A stretch of DNA of 64,000 nucleotides from an uncultured Methanomassiliicoccales archaeon (GCA_963695345.1 OY968769.1:1216001-1280000), one strand, 5' to 3'; positions 9,833 to 21,041 are shown, counted from the first letter of the stretch. Made by a program: numbers and translations. Notes: generated from the sequence alone by a model not told the origin.

Positions 9833-10637
9833 TCATTTCTTAGCTTGACACTTGAAGAAGGTGTAGCAAAAGGTCCCATCGTCTCTAGTGGTCCGTTCCA
9901 GATCGGCAATGCCGCGGTCAAATTCGGCAGGCTCGATAACGCCTTCGGCGATAGAACGGCCCCGGACGCCCGCCACCATGGCAATGAACGTGTTCTTTGT
10001 GAACCCGTCCACCAACGAAGGCTTTGACGCATCTACATACACCGTTCTGGGCGAAACCGTCACATCAACGAACCCGGCCGAGGTGACCACTGGGAAAAGC
10101 CTCCTTCCGATGTTGGCATCCCCGCCCAATGTTGGCCTGGTCCTTCACCAAACATCCGATCGCCTTCTGGGCATGCTCGCTGTCTGGATGGAAATAGCAG
10201 GAACCATGGTCCCCTTCGATGACGGTCAGATGGCCCCTGTCCCGCATCACCTTCCTGAGGGCGAGAAGAGCCTGCCCTGGTTTTGGAAGATGTTCCAAAA
10301 CAAAGCAAAGAAAGACGGCGTCAAAGCTACTCTCCGGGAATGGCAGGTCAAAAAGGTCAGCATGAACGAACTCGACGTTGGTCAAACCCTCCGATCTTGC
10401 ATGGGCCTCCGCGAGGCGGAGCGAGTCCTCAGAAATGTCCATGCAAGTGAAGAGCGCCTCGGGACTGTTCCTCGCCAGAATCGCCGTTTGAGCGCCGACC
10501 CCGCACCCGGCTTCGAGTACTCGGCATCCGGCCGGATAAAGGGTGTCGTAGTGGAGCAGGCCTTGCAGGGTGGAGGCCTGGTCATTCAGACGGCCGGATT
10601 CCCTTTCGGAATAGCCATGGACATAGTCGCACTTCAT
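9833..10637 (-). CDS. Class I SAM-dependent methyltransferase (one apparent frameshift near 10130)
   Basis: VLEAGCGVG, FDAVFLCFVLEHL; the C-terminal half continues as GGDANIGRRL...FCYTFFK. Confidence 0.85.
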
Positions 10638-10808
10638 TAAAGATCGGCCGGTGAAGACCCTTTCGAGGTAATAGAGTTAAGGGGGAGTGGGAAGGGATCA
10701 AACGGCTGTTGATGGTCCTGCTGTCCTTATCCGGAACCAGCTCGTTCTCCATTCTAGGAATAAAACAGCAACAATAATGTCCTCGACGGTCGTTGCTGAG
10801 ATAGCTTC

Positions 10809-11507
10809 ATGACCTTCGTTGACACCTATTCGATCGGCATCTGGACGATGGTGCTCATCGCGCCGATCGCCTACCTGACGGGGGCGGTAGCGCTAGTTGG
10901 CTACGCCAGGAAGAAGAGCATTATGGCGTTGCTGTTCTCCATCGGTTTCTTTCTTCTGGCCATCCCATCGCTCGACTATTCTCTCAGGCATTTCTACCAC
11001 TACGCCCTGGTCGACTGGGTGATCGCCAGCACGGTCACGGCCATCGCCTTCGTGTTGCTGGTCCTTGCGTATATTGTCCAGATCGGAAGACACTCGATCA
11101 GCCTGAGCCGGTTACAGAGCTGGGTGGTCCTGCTCTCCTTCGGGCTCACATTGGCTTACGCGTTCTATCAATACCTGCGCCTGCCCTTCTACCAGGATTT
11201 CGGCATCGGTCCGTTGGTCCAGTATATTCTGTACTATCTTTCGATCGGCTTGATCGTGATCGTGATCACCCTGATGGTCTCGTTATATCGCGAGAGAGGC
11301 AACCGGATAACCCTCGTCGGAATGGTCGGTTTCATCCTGATACTATCGGGATGGGCGTTCGTGGGAGGGCTGCTGGCCTTGGGAAAGCTGGCATACGTCC
11401 AATCGGTGACAGATGGCTGGATGGACCTGGTATTGGAGGCCGCAACCCTGCTGGGCTACATCGTGTTCCTGGCGGCCATGCTGAGCGCGCGGGCGGTCAA
11501 GCATTAA
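10809..11507 (+). CDS. Polytopic (~7 TM) membrane protein of unknown function
   Basis: About seven hydrophobic helices and no soluble domain. Confidence 0.75.
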   Translation: MTFVDTYSIGIWTMVLIAPIAYLTGAVALVGYARKKSIMALLFSIGFFLLAIPSLDYSLRHFYHYALVDWVIASTVTAIAFVLLVLAYIVQIGRHSISLSRLQSWVVLLSFGLTLAYAFYQYLRLPFYQDFGIGPLVQYILYYLSIGLIVIVITLMVSLYRERGNRITLVGMVGFILILSGWAFVGGLLALGKLAYVQSVTDGWMDLVLEAATLLGYIVFLAAMLSARAVKH

Positions 11508-11561
11508 TTCGGCGGTCGCTGAAGCTCGTACAAGAAAATGGAAAAGCCCCGATGGGGGCGC

Positions 11562-12812
11562 TTATAGGTTAAAATCTGACTTGTGGCACAGGTTGGCGAT
11601 GACCGTCGCGAACACCTTGGTGTCTGAGACCAGGTTGTCCACCTTACAGTACTCGTTCGCCGTGTGGCACATGTCGTCGCAGGTTTCCCAGCAATAGGCG
11701 TCTATTCCCGCCAGGCGGAAGAAGTTGGCACAGGTGCCTCCCCCGACCCCGCCTGCCTTTGGTTCCACGTTCTTCACGTGCTCAATTGCCATGGACAGGG
11801 CCTTATAGGCTTCGGAGTCCTGCGAGCTGGGCGGACCGCTAATGGTAAGCTGTACGGTCTCGTAGGTGATCTTCACGCCGGTCTTGTCCTCGAACAGGTC
11901 CCCGATCCACCTGAGCGTCTCCATGACGTCCCCGGGCGAATACTGGGGCAGGATCCTGAAATCAAGGAAGAATATGTCCTCCCCGGGAACCGTGTTGACG
12001 TTGCCAACGGTCTGCAGCCTCTTGGTGGGCTCATAGGTCGATGTGGGCGGGTCAAAGAGGGGGTTCTTCACACCATACTTCGATTCCATATAGTCGACGA
12101 TGAATGTGATGAGCTCGGAGCCGACCTTCATGGCATTGATGCCCTTTTCCGGGGTCGAAGCGTGGGTCTGTCTTCCCAGCACCTTTACCTTGAGCCACAT
12201 GATGTGCTTCTCAGCCACCTCTATGAACGTTCCGTCGGCGTTGCCATAGTCCGGGACGTACACTATATCGTCCTTCTGGAAAACTCCCTGCTCCAAGAGG
12301 AACTTGATACCCTTTTCCGATCCGACCTCTTCGTCGGCCACCAATGCCAGGCCTATGGTCAGGTCCGGGCTCAGCTTCAGGTCGTTGATGGCCTTGATGG
12401 CGGAGATCGTCGCCACCAGCGACTGCCCGTTATCCTCAGACCCGAGCCCGAAGAGCTTTCCGTCGATAAGTCTGGGAGAGAATGGCGGATATGTCCAGGC
12501 GGCCAGGTCGCCCGGCGGGACAGTGTCCATGTGGCTGACGAACCAGACGGTGCGCTCTGACTTGCCCTTCTTCTTGGCGACGATGTTGGGCCTTAGCCGT
12601 AACTTCACGCGCTCGTCGAGGGCGTCGTACATATCGACCTCGTCGAAACCGCAGTTCTCAAGCATGTCCTTGATGAACCGCGCCCTTTCGAACTCGCCCT
12701 CTCCGCCGCTCTCCGGTCCTATCGCAGGTATCCTGATGATCTCGCTGAGCGCTTCCACCATTTCATCCTTTTTCGAATCGATGGAAGCCAATAAATCTTG
12801 AAGTGAAGGCAT
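11562..12812 (-). CDS. M20-family metallohydrolase (DapE/ArgE-like)
   Basis: SHMDTVPPGD, GLGSEDNG, ADEEVGS, HASTP, GGGTCA, HTANEY. Confidence 0.9.
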   Translation of the reverse strand: MPSLQDLLASIDSKKDEMVEALSEIIRIPAIGPESGGEGEFERARFIKDMLENCGFDEVDMYDALDERVKLRLRPNIVAKKKGKSERTVWFVSHMDTVPPGDLAAWTYPPFSPRLIDGKLFGLGSEDNGQSLVATISAIKAINDLKLSPDLTIGLALVADEEVGSEKGIKFLLEQGVFQKDDIVYVPDYGNADGTFIEVAEKHIMWLKVKVLGRQTHASTPEKGINAMKVGSELITFIVDYMESKYGVKNPLFDPPTSTYEPTKRLQTVGNVNTVPGEDIFFLDFRILPQYSPGDVMETLRWIGDLFEDKTGVKITYETVQLTISGPPSSQDSEAYKALSMAIEHVKNVEPKAGGVGGGTCANFFRLAGIDAYCWETCDDMCHTANEYCKVDNLVSDTKVFATVIANLCHKSDFNL

Positions 12813-12945
12813 TCGAATCCCGTGATTAAATGCGTTCCCCCCTAATAATAGCTTAGGTTTAGGTTATCCAGTTTTGAAACGAGATACGCCCATCCAGATG
12901 CTCCGGCGTGGTTTACCGGAGGACGCTCGTTGTCTTGGAAATGGG

Positions 12946-12977
12946 ACCGCCCCGGGGGGCGGCCCGGGGCCAAAAAG
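12946..12977 (-). terminator. Putative terminator of the thiolase gene
   Basis: T-tract plus GC-rich inverted repeat (ccgcccc gg ggggcgg) just downstream of the stop codon. Confidence 0.45.
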
Positions 12978-12992
12978 GACTTCCTTTTCGCA

Positions 12993-14168
<1,176 letters not shown>

Positions 14169-14274
14169 GATATTGCCCCCCAAGACTGCTGGCCTTGGAA
14201 TATTGTACGAATGGCAAAAACCTAGAGGTATAAAATATTGTCGATGTTGACAATCGACTTTCGACGATGCCAGG

Positions 14275-15579
14275 CTAAGGATTGGTTCGTTTCAATGGCT
14301 TCGCCAAATGCCGACGTGCGTTGACCGGCGGTTCATACCACCCCGTGGCCAGGTCACGATGCTCGATCTCCGTTTTGGCCGCCGATTCCGGCTGCTTGCC
14401 CCCGCAAAGCTTGCACCGGTATCCCCCGTTCCGCCCCATTGACTGCATGCTCTTGTTGCATTTCGGACAGAGGGGGTTCGCGATTTTGATCCTATGATCA
14501 GAGAGTTCCAGGATCTCGATCTTTTCCAGGTTGAGCGTGCGGGGGACCGCCCGTAGCTCTCCCACTGCCTTGACATAGTCGCCCGGCCGCAGTTTTCGCA
14601 CGACTTCCCTGAAGGACTTGGAGGGCTCGTATGCGGCCAGGTCCAACTCTTGCTTGGAACGGTCCGGCCGCATCGTGATCAATGAATGTCCTCCGGCGAT
14701 TGTCCGGGGCGCGGATGTTATCCTTCCCCTGATCGCATAGGTCCTCGCCGGGAGAAGTTCCTTCCACCTCTCCATCACGTGATCGTCCGTACCCTGATTG
14801 GAAAGGAACAGTACCCATCGGTCGACGCGCTCGGACTCGATGGAATCCATGGCTGAGGGCAGGTCCTCCAGGACGTCGCCTCGGATGCCGAAGAGCACCG
14901 GGCAGGGGGTGTGCGGCGATATCGCCCTCCGGCCGGCCTGGTCGTCGAAGTTGTTGAATGTGGACGGGAACCTAGCGTTCATCTCCCGGACCGAACCGTC
15001 CGAGACCTCGCGTTGCATGCCCCAGCGCGACCGTTCCCGGTAGGCGATCACCTCATAGGTGTAATCCTTGGGCCTCCAGGACATCGCTGCCGATGCCCCT
15101 ATGATCCCCCTTCCGCCCTCCATCTCGAAGCGGGTCGCTCCGATGCGATCGAGCTCTTCCACGACCTCGTTCTTCTGCACTATGCCCCTGACAGCTTCCC
15201 AGTAGAGTTTTGCCTTGGGCTTCTTCGGGGAGACCACCAATCCGGGGCTGGCATCCTCCTCGACACGGGACCATTTCTGCAGCAGCCGGGAACACCGGTC
15301 CATGATGAGGCCGGGGTCCGCCGGCCGCACACATTCTGGATAGCAGAATATCGGACCGTCCCTGATCATTCCGACCATCCGACACGGCCCCTTGCCATGA
15401 CCGAACCGCATGGTCAGGGCGGCGTTCCCACGTGTTTTCCAAGGGACTGCCGGATTGAGGCGCACCAATCGCGGAAGGCCTATCAGGTCATGGTCCCGCA
15501 TGGCGTCGATAACCTCGGTTGCCAGATATGTGGTGCACATCGATTCTACCGAATCCGTGTCATCAAACGCGACGTACAT
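14275..15579 (-). CDS. tiaS: tRNA(Ile2) agmatinylcytidine synthase
   Basis: DDTDS...CTT, LVRLNPAVPWKTRGN, GRGIIGA, NQGTDDH, C-terminal Zn ribbon and RRHLAKPL. Confidence 0.95.
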   Translation of the reverse strand: MYVAFDDTDSVESMCTTYLATEVIDAMRDHDLIGLPRLVRLNPAVPWKTRGNAALTMRFGHGKGPCRMVGMIRDGPIFCYPECVRPADPGLIMDRCSRLLQKWSRVEEDASPGLVVSPKKPKAKLYWEAVRGIVQKNEVVEELDRIGATRFEMEGGRGIIGASAAMSWRPKDYTYEVIAYRERSRWGMQREVSDGSVREMNARFPSTFNNFDDQAGRRAISPHTPCPVLFGIRGDVLEDLPSAMDSIESERVDRWVLFLSNQGTDDHVMERWKELLPARTYAIRGRITSAPRTIAGGHSLITMRPDRSKQELDLAAYEPSKSFREVVRKLRPGDYVKAVGELRAVPRTLNLEKIEILELSDHRIKIANPLCPKCNKSMQSMGRNGGYRCKLCGGKQPESAAKTEIEHRDLATGWYEPPVNARRHLAKPLKRTNP

Positions 15580-15614
15580 TTACGTCCCCCAGAGGGTGGG
15601 GCGAGTTATTAGGG

Positions 15615-15989
15615 TTACGCCGCATCCTTACTGACAAACGGTTCGGACGATATCTCCAAGAAGGAAGCGAACATGAACGATGGGTCATCCTCGGAGGGGG
15701 TCAGGACGACCCTGATGACGGAGCCTGCCGGGACCGAAGCCGCCAGAACGGACGGGGAAAGGTATATGCTAGCCACCTCGCCGCCTTTGTCCATCGCGGT
15801 TATTATGTGACCGGACTTGGATTGGTTGCACTGGATCACGATACATTCCACGGACACCTCGCTTCCTTCCATTGCATCCTTGAACAGATCGACCGGTTGC
15901 GGCGTAAGTTCGGAGAAAGCAGTAAGAAGGACAAGGGCGACACCGGCCGAGACAACCAAGGACCTAAGACCGACCTTCACCACACCCAT
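15615..15989 (-). CDS. Hypothetical membrane-anchored protein, OB-fold-like
   Basis: N-terminal hydrophobic helix followed by a beta-rich domain; co-oriented with tiaS. Confidence 0.55.
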   Translation of the reverse strand: MGVVKVGLRSLVVSAGVALVLLTAFSELTPQPVDLFKDAMEGSEVSVECIVIQCNQSKSGHIITAMDKGGEVASIYLSPSVLAASVPAGSVIRVVLTPSEDDPSFMFASFLEISSEPFVSKDAA

Positions 15990-16076
15990 ATAACTGAGCT
16001 GGATTAGTTCTCAGATATCCATACATGTAAACTTTGAAAAGAACATTTGAATACCCTGGTGCGCATTTCTCCCGAC

Positions 16077-16430
16077 ATGACCAAGCCGTTTCTGACCGAG
16101 AGAGCCCCTATGCTGGCCTCTCTCTTTCTTATCGGGGGTGCGATGCTCAGCGCCCTCGGTATCATAGGATTGACGATGACCGATGTGCTCAAACTGGGAT
16201 CGTGGGATTATTGGTTAGTCATGGTGGGAGTGCCATTGCTTCTGATCGGTGTCATATGGCTTTGGATCTATCTCGCCAGGGTGAAACATTTCCGTAAAGA
16301 GCTTCAGGAGAAGAGCAAAGCGAATTTCTTGAAGAATATGGATGATACCGAGTACCTCGCCTGGCGGCTGCCAACTAAGTTTGAAAAAGAGCTGGAAAGC
16401 AAGAAAGTCGAGTTCAACATCAAGAAGTAA
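16077..16430 (+). CDS. Small two-TM membrane protein (DUF3198-like)
   Basis: Two TM helices, then SKANFLKN...EYLAWRLP. Confidence 0.7.
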   Translation: MTKPFLTERAPMLASLFLIGGAMLSALGIIGLTMTDVLKLGSWDYWLVMVGVPLLLIGVIWLWIYLARVKHFRKELQEKSKANFLKNMDDTEYLAWRLPTKFEKELESKKVEFNIKK

Positions 16431-16447
16431 TGTTGAGCTTGGAGGGG

Positions 16448-16470
16448 CACCCCTACATTTCCGGTGGAAC
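16448..16470 (-). promoter_or_regulatory. Origin recognition box (ORB), inverted copy
   Basis: Reverse complement GTTCCACCGGAAATGTAGGGGTG, nearly identical to the ORB at 17861. Confidence 0.75.
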
Positions 16471-17835
16471 CGTATTATCCCGGGCCGGGTCGTTCGGGAT
16501 GACGGATCCGTCGAGCGCAATGACGGACTTGGCGATACGGTCCCGGTCATCCAATTTGCATCGAAGCGAGACCTTCGTGATCGGACCGTATTCGATCGAG
16601 ATGACATCGCAGATATCGTATAGCCCGGAGAGCAGACTTTGTAGTTCTCCGGATTGGGGAGCGGCGAAATTGAGCTCGATAGGATAGGTGAACTTCTCGA
16701 GTATCTTCGTTCTCAATACATCTAATCCGTAGTCATTCTTTACTGAGGTAAGAACGATCTCTGATTGAGGGAATTCAGCCCTAACAACATCGATCCTCTC
16801 TTTCATTCCAAACCTTAATAGATCGGTCTTATTCAGAACAACGACGATGTTCAACGGATCAATTTCCGGAAGAAGAATACCTTTTGACGTTCTCAATTTC
16901 CTTATGACTTCTGGCATATCATCGGAAGAATCTAGGACTAGCAGCACTAGATCCGCATTGAAGATGTCCTCAATCGTGTTGCGGAACGATTCGATCATGA
17001 AGTGAGGAAGGTTTTCCAGGAAACCGATCGTATCGGTCAGGAGGATTTCTTTCTTGACATTCTCCATTTTTCTTGTTGTGGTGGATAGTGTAGAGAACAT
17101 TTTGTTTTCTATTATGACACTCTCACCGGTCATTTTCTTCATCAACGAGGATTTTCCGGCATTTGTGTAACCAGCGAGACAGACAAGATAGAATCCTTTT
17201 TTCTTGCGTTGCTGTCTCCGAAGAGCCTGATCATCTTTCATGCTTTTTAAATCGGTATCGATCTTCTTCATTCTCTTCTTGATAAGGTCGTAATAGGTGT
17301 TGATGGCATATTCACCACCACCGAGGAATCCTGGATGCTCCCCAGCCTTAGCATTGTGGATCCATTCCTTGAGAAAAGGCATTTCATATTGCAGCTTCGC
17401 TTTTTCAACCTGCAACATGGCCTCCTTGCTATGGGCTCTTTTTGTAAAGATGTTCAGAACAACCTTGATCCTGTCCACACACTCGATCTTTAGTGTATTC
17501 TCCAAGATATAGTGCTGACCGGGTTCCAGCTCACCGTTTATCAGAAGTACCTCAACTGGATTCTCTTCCAGAATGGTCTTGATCTCGTCAAGTTTTCCCT
17601 TTCCCACGAAATATGAAGGGTCTGAATATCTTCTTTCTTGTATTATCTCATAGAGAATGTCATATCCTGCAGTATCGGCCAACTCCTCAACCTCAGCAAC
17701 GCGACTGTTAATTGTCACTAGTGCAGCGGTGATTTTCTTTTCCGTGCGGTCGACCAAAAGAACCCTTCCCTCTTTCCTTATGACTGATTTGATGATATTC
17801 TTTTTGTACCGGTCTATCCAAGAAATTGGCCCCAC
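16453..17835 (-). CDS. hflX: GTPase HflX
   Basis: YFVGKGK, GYTNAGKSS, FSTLSTTTR, DTIGF, NKTD. Confidence 0.93.
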   Translation of the reverse strand: MGPISWIDRYKKNIIKSVIRKEGRVLLVDRTEKKITAALVTINSRVAEVEELADTAGYDILYEIIQERRYSDPSYFVGKGKLDEIKTILEENPVEVLLINGELEPGQHYILENTLKIECVDRIKVVLNIFTKRAHSKEAMLQVEKAKLQYEMPFLKEWIHNAKAGEHPGFLGGGEYAINTYYDLIKKRMKKIDTDLKSMKDDQALRRQQRKKKGFYLVCLAGYTNAGKSSLMKKMTGESVIIENKMFSTLSTTTRKMENVKKEILLTDTIGFLENLPHFMIESFRNTIEDIFNADLVLLVLDSSDDMPEVIRKLRTSKGILLPEIDPLNIVVVLNKTDLLRFGMKERIDVVRAEFPQSEIVLTSVKNDYGLDVLRTKILEKFTYPIELNFAAPQSGELQSLLSGLYDICDVISIEYGPITKVSLRCKLDDRDRIAKSVIALDGSVIPNDPARDNTVPPEM

Positions 17836-17860
17836 CGAGAGGCATTCCCGGCTTTTTCGG

Positions 17861-18071
17861 TCTCCACCGGAAATGAAGGGGTCCGGGTAAATCCAGATAA
17901 AGAAGGTTCGTTACGCTTTGAAACCTGCGTTTCACCTCGAATCTTATGGGAAAGATAAAAAAAGGTTTCAAGTACGCTAGTGGTTAATCACCTATTCCTT
18001 CACCTGAAGATAGGTTCTCCACAGGAAACCGTGGGGTGATCCTGTCTATCTTTCACTTTCAAATCAGAGGC
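17861..18071 (+). promoter_or_regulatory. Chromosomal replication origin (oriC) with ORBs upstream of cdc6
   Basis: TCTCCACCGGAAATGAAGGGGT (17861-17882) and TCTCCACAGGAAACCGTGGGGT (18016-18037) fit the archaeal ORB pattern (TCCAxxGGAAA plus G-string); A/T-rich spacer between them; adjacent to cdc6. Confidence 0.82.
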
Positions 18072-18079
18072 AACCACCG

Positions 18080-19318
18080 ATGGACACCAACGTCTTCGAG
18101 AAACACTTGGAACGGAAACAGATATTCAAAAGGAACAACCGAGAGATTCTCAGACCATCCTATATCCCTGACGTTCTGCCCCACCGCCAAGAGGAGATCA
18201 ATTCCCTGGCCTCGGTTCTAGTGACCGCTCTGAAAGGGGAAAGGCCCTCCAACATCCTCATATTCGGTAAGACCGGGACCGGTAAGACCGCCTGCGTCAA
18301 GTACATCGGTAACGAGATAAAGAAAGCCGACGGGGAGAACAGCAAGGTCACTTTCATTTACATGAACTGTGAGATAGTCGACACACCCTATGGTGTCATG
18401 CAGAACATCGGTAACCAGTTCATCCAGAATTTCACCCAGCGAATACCATTCACCGGTCTCAGCATCATGCAGGTCTACAACCTCTTGAGGGACAAGTTGG
18501 ACGAGCAGGACCAGGTGATAATCATCGCCCTCGATGAGATCGATAAGCTGGTCTACAAGAGCGGTGACGATGTCCTGTACTATCTTTCAAAGATCAACGA
18601 CGATCTGAAGAAGGCCCGTGTTTCCATCATTGGGATCTCCAACGACCTTCTCTTCACCGACATGCTCGACTCCCGCGTCCGTTCCCGTATGGAGGGGGAG
18701 AAGATGGTCTTCCCGCCCTACAACGCCGAGCAGCTCCGGGACATCCTGAACCAGAGGGCCCTGCTCTCTTTCGACGATGAGATCCTCGAGTCGGCGGTGA
18801 TACCATTGTGCGCCGCCCTGGCAGCCCAGGAGCATGGCGACGCACGCCGGGCGTTGGACCTGTTGCGCATAGCTGCGGAGATAGCTGAGCGGGAGAACTG
18901 CGATAAGGTCACCGAACTGCATGTCTACAAAGCAAAGAACAAGATGGAGCTGGACTGTGTCAGCGAGGCGATAAGGACGCTGCCTTCCCAATCGAAGCTG
19001 GTCCTGATGTGCGTGATAGTTCTGAACGAGGGCGGGATGGAACGGCTTACCACCGGCGACGTCTACGAGAAGTACAAGGACCTCAGCCGGATCGTTGGGC
19101 TAAGCGTCCTGACACAGCGCCGCATCACCGACCTGCTGTCCGAGCTGGACATGATGGGCATAATCCACGCCAAGGTCCGTTCCTTCGGTCGCGGAGGCAG
19201 GACAAAGGAGATCGACCTGAGCGTTCCCCCCCATGAGATCAAGAAGGTCCTGGAGGAGGACGACACATTCCAGGCCCTGAAGAACTACAAGCCCAAGGGG
19301 CAGACCACCCTTATCTGA
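18080..19318 (+). CDS. cdc6: ORC1/Cdc6 replication initiator
   Basis: LPHRQEEI, GKTGTGKT, LDEID, HGDARRALDLLR, C-terminal wHTH with SFGRGGRTKEI. Confidence 0.96.
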   Translation: MDTNVFEKHLERKQIFKRNNREILRPSYIPDVLPHRQEEINSLASVLVTALKGERPSNILIFGKTGTGKTACVKYIGNEIKKADGENSKVTFIYMNCEIVDTPYGVMQNIGNQFIQNFTQRIPFTGLSIMQVYNLLRDKLDEQDQVIIIALDEIDKLVYKSGDDVLYYLSKINDDLKKARVSIIGISNDLLFTDMLDSRVRSRMEGEKMVFPPYNAEQLRDILNQRALLSFDDEILESAVIPLCAALAAQEHGDARRALDLLRIAAEIAERENCDKVTELHVYKAKNKMELDCVSEAIRTLPSQSKLVLMCVIVLNEGGMERLTTGDVYEKYKDLSRIVGLSVLTQRRITDLLSELDMMGIIHAKVRSFGRGGRTKEIDLSVPPHEIKKVLEEDDTFQALKNYKPKGQTTLI

Positions 19319-19325
19319 TGGTCCG

Positions 19326-20273
19326 TCAATCCTTCTTCTTTTTTGTCTGCTTGACCGGCTTCTCTTCCGCATCGGGCTTCTTGGGCTTCATCCTCAACGC
19401 TGCCCTCACCCTGCCCCACATATCTATGCCTTTTCTGCGAAGCGCGTACTCTGTGACATCAAGCACGATCGGGATTGCCACAATGACCACAATGGTAAGG
19501 ACCAGGTCGGTCTTGCTGTTCTCCGGGGTCTGGGCTGGCATATTGCCCGCCCACCCAGAGCTTTATGAGGCCGAACCACGGGATCTCGCCGCGGGCCTCC
19601 CCGACGATCCATTGCGCGATCACCGGTTGACGCGCTATGTTGGCCATCGGTGACTGGTCATACAGGAGGTTGTGGTCTCCCTTGGTGATCAGTCCGCCAT
19701 GGGGGGCGATGCCGTTGGACTCGTAGTAGCTGAGAAGGCTCGATAGATGTGATGGTTACTTTCTGGTCCCGATATCCCACATGATAGAGCTCTAGAGAAG
19801 AGGTAAGGTTCCACCATCTTCCGCTGTGCTGCCCCCCTGACGCTCCATTTGTCGAAGGGGACATTGGCCAGCGAGGGGATGTCGAAACTGTATGATGTGC
19901 TGTTGAACTCCAGTTCCACGATCGCCCGGTGTATGACCGGTTTGGCAAGAACGCTGCCGTCCCGATTGTATATGACCACATCCCCATAATCCCCATACGT
20001 CTGGTAGCCCTCGTTGAGGCTGGACACATAGGTCTTGATCTCCGACAGTGAAGAAATGGTCTTGACGACGACCAGGTCTCCGGTGTCGATCACTCCGATA
20101 TAGCTGGTGGTGTCGGAATGCTGCATGCTCTCGGACTCCACGACCACCAGGGGTGGCCAGAGTCCGCTGTAGGCGAACAGGCCGAGGATGATCACAATGA
20201 CGATAGCCGCTGCGATGAACAAACCTTTGAAACCCTTCAAGGCCTTGATCATTTTGTCCGCGGTGTCGCTCAC
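19326..20273 (-). CDS. Signal peptidase I, S26 family (three apparent +1 frameshifts)
   Basis: PPLVVVESESMQH, GVIDTGDLV, PVIHRA, then ITKGDHN and GEARGEIPWFGLIKL in shifted frames; C-terminal TM helix. Confidence 0.85.
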
Positions 20274-20354
20274 AGCCCGGTTAAAAGCGGTGGTTGTTCA
20301 TTATGATTTCTAGCAATTCAATGTCTTTAAAAGACCATTAGCATCAGTTTGCCA

Positions 20355-20487
20355 CTAGCATCGGTGGATTGGCCGTCCATCCACTTGGACCGGACAGGTG
20401 AACGACCCGTTATGGCAAGTGCCTGCAGTGCAACAGGATGGCTGCATCAGGCGGGGCGACTGATACCGGTCCTCCGCACGATGCTAG
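20355..20487 (+). ncRNA. Candidate structured non-coding RNA or structured leader
   Basis: Nested helices CTAGCATCG/CGATGCTAG and GGACCGG/CCGGTCC plus four internal hairpins; TTTAAAA box at 20326-20332; no family recognised. Confidence 0.45.
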
Positions 20488-20576
20488 AGTCCTTCCTCAG
20501 TCGAATCAATCCAAAAGTCCAAGGCCCATCAAGCAGTAGGAATATTGTTATGTCGGAAGGGGTTTCACCAACAAGC

Positions 20577-21041
20577 ATGACTCACCCCTCAGTGAGACCG
20601 GACAACGACACCTATTTCATGAGCATGGCCGAGCTTGTGGCAACAAGATCGACCTGCTTGAGGCGAAAGGTTGGGGCGGTGATCGTCAAGGAAAAGAGGG
20701 TTCTCACAACGGGCTACAACGGCGCCCCAAAAGGCATCCGCCATTGTGAGGAAGTAGGTTGCGTTCGACTGGAGAACCATATCCAGTCAGGAACGAGGCA
20801 CGAGCTCTGCCGTGGGGTACATGCAGAACAGAACGCGGTCATTCAGGCCGCCTATTTCGGGGTCAGCATCAAGGATGCGGCGGTCTATTCCACCAATTTT
20901 CCTTGCGTACTCTGCGCGAAAATCTTATTGAACGCCGGAATAATCGAGATCATCTACAAGGACGACTACGTCGATGAACTCTCACGGTCGATCCTTTCCG
21001 AGGCAAAGGTAAATGTAAGGCATTTCGAGCCTAAATATTGA
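20577..21041 (+). CDS. dCMP/cytidine deaminase (ComEB-like)
   Basis: RSTCLRRKVGAVIV, TGYNG, HAEQNA, PCVLC. Confidence 0.92.
   Translation: MTHPSVRPDNDTYFMSMAELVATRSTCLRRKVGAVIVKEKRVLTTGYNGAPKGIRHCEEVGCVRLENHIQSGTRHELCRGVHAEQNAVIQAAYFGVSIKDAAVYSTNFPCVLCAKILLNAGIIEIIYKDDYVDELSRSILSEAKVNVRHFEPKY

Noticed and set aside
8653-9843. 396-aa ORF containing a [10 protein letters not shown]-loop
   Set aside because: Product of the ftsY frameshifts; only about 9205-9312 is real FtsY sequence
10809-11507. 7TM protein as a microbial rhodopsin
   Set aside because: No retinal-binding lysine in helix 7 and no helix 3 RYxDW-type motif at the right position
12811-12823. TTCGAATCCC resembling a tRNA T-arm
   Set aside because: No acceptor, D or anticodon stems; abuts the M20 start codon
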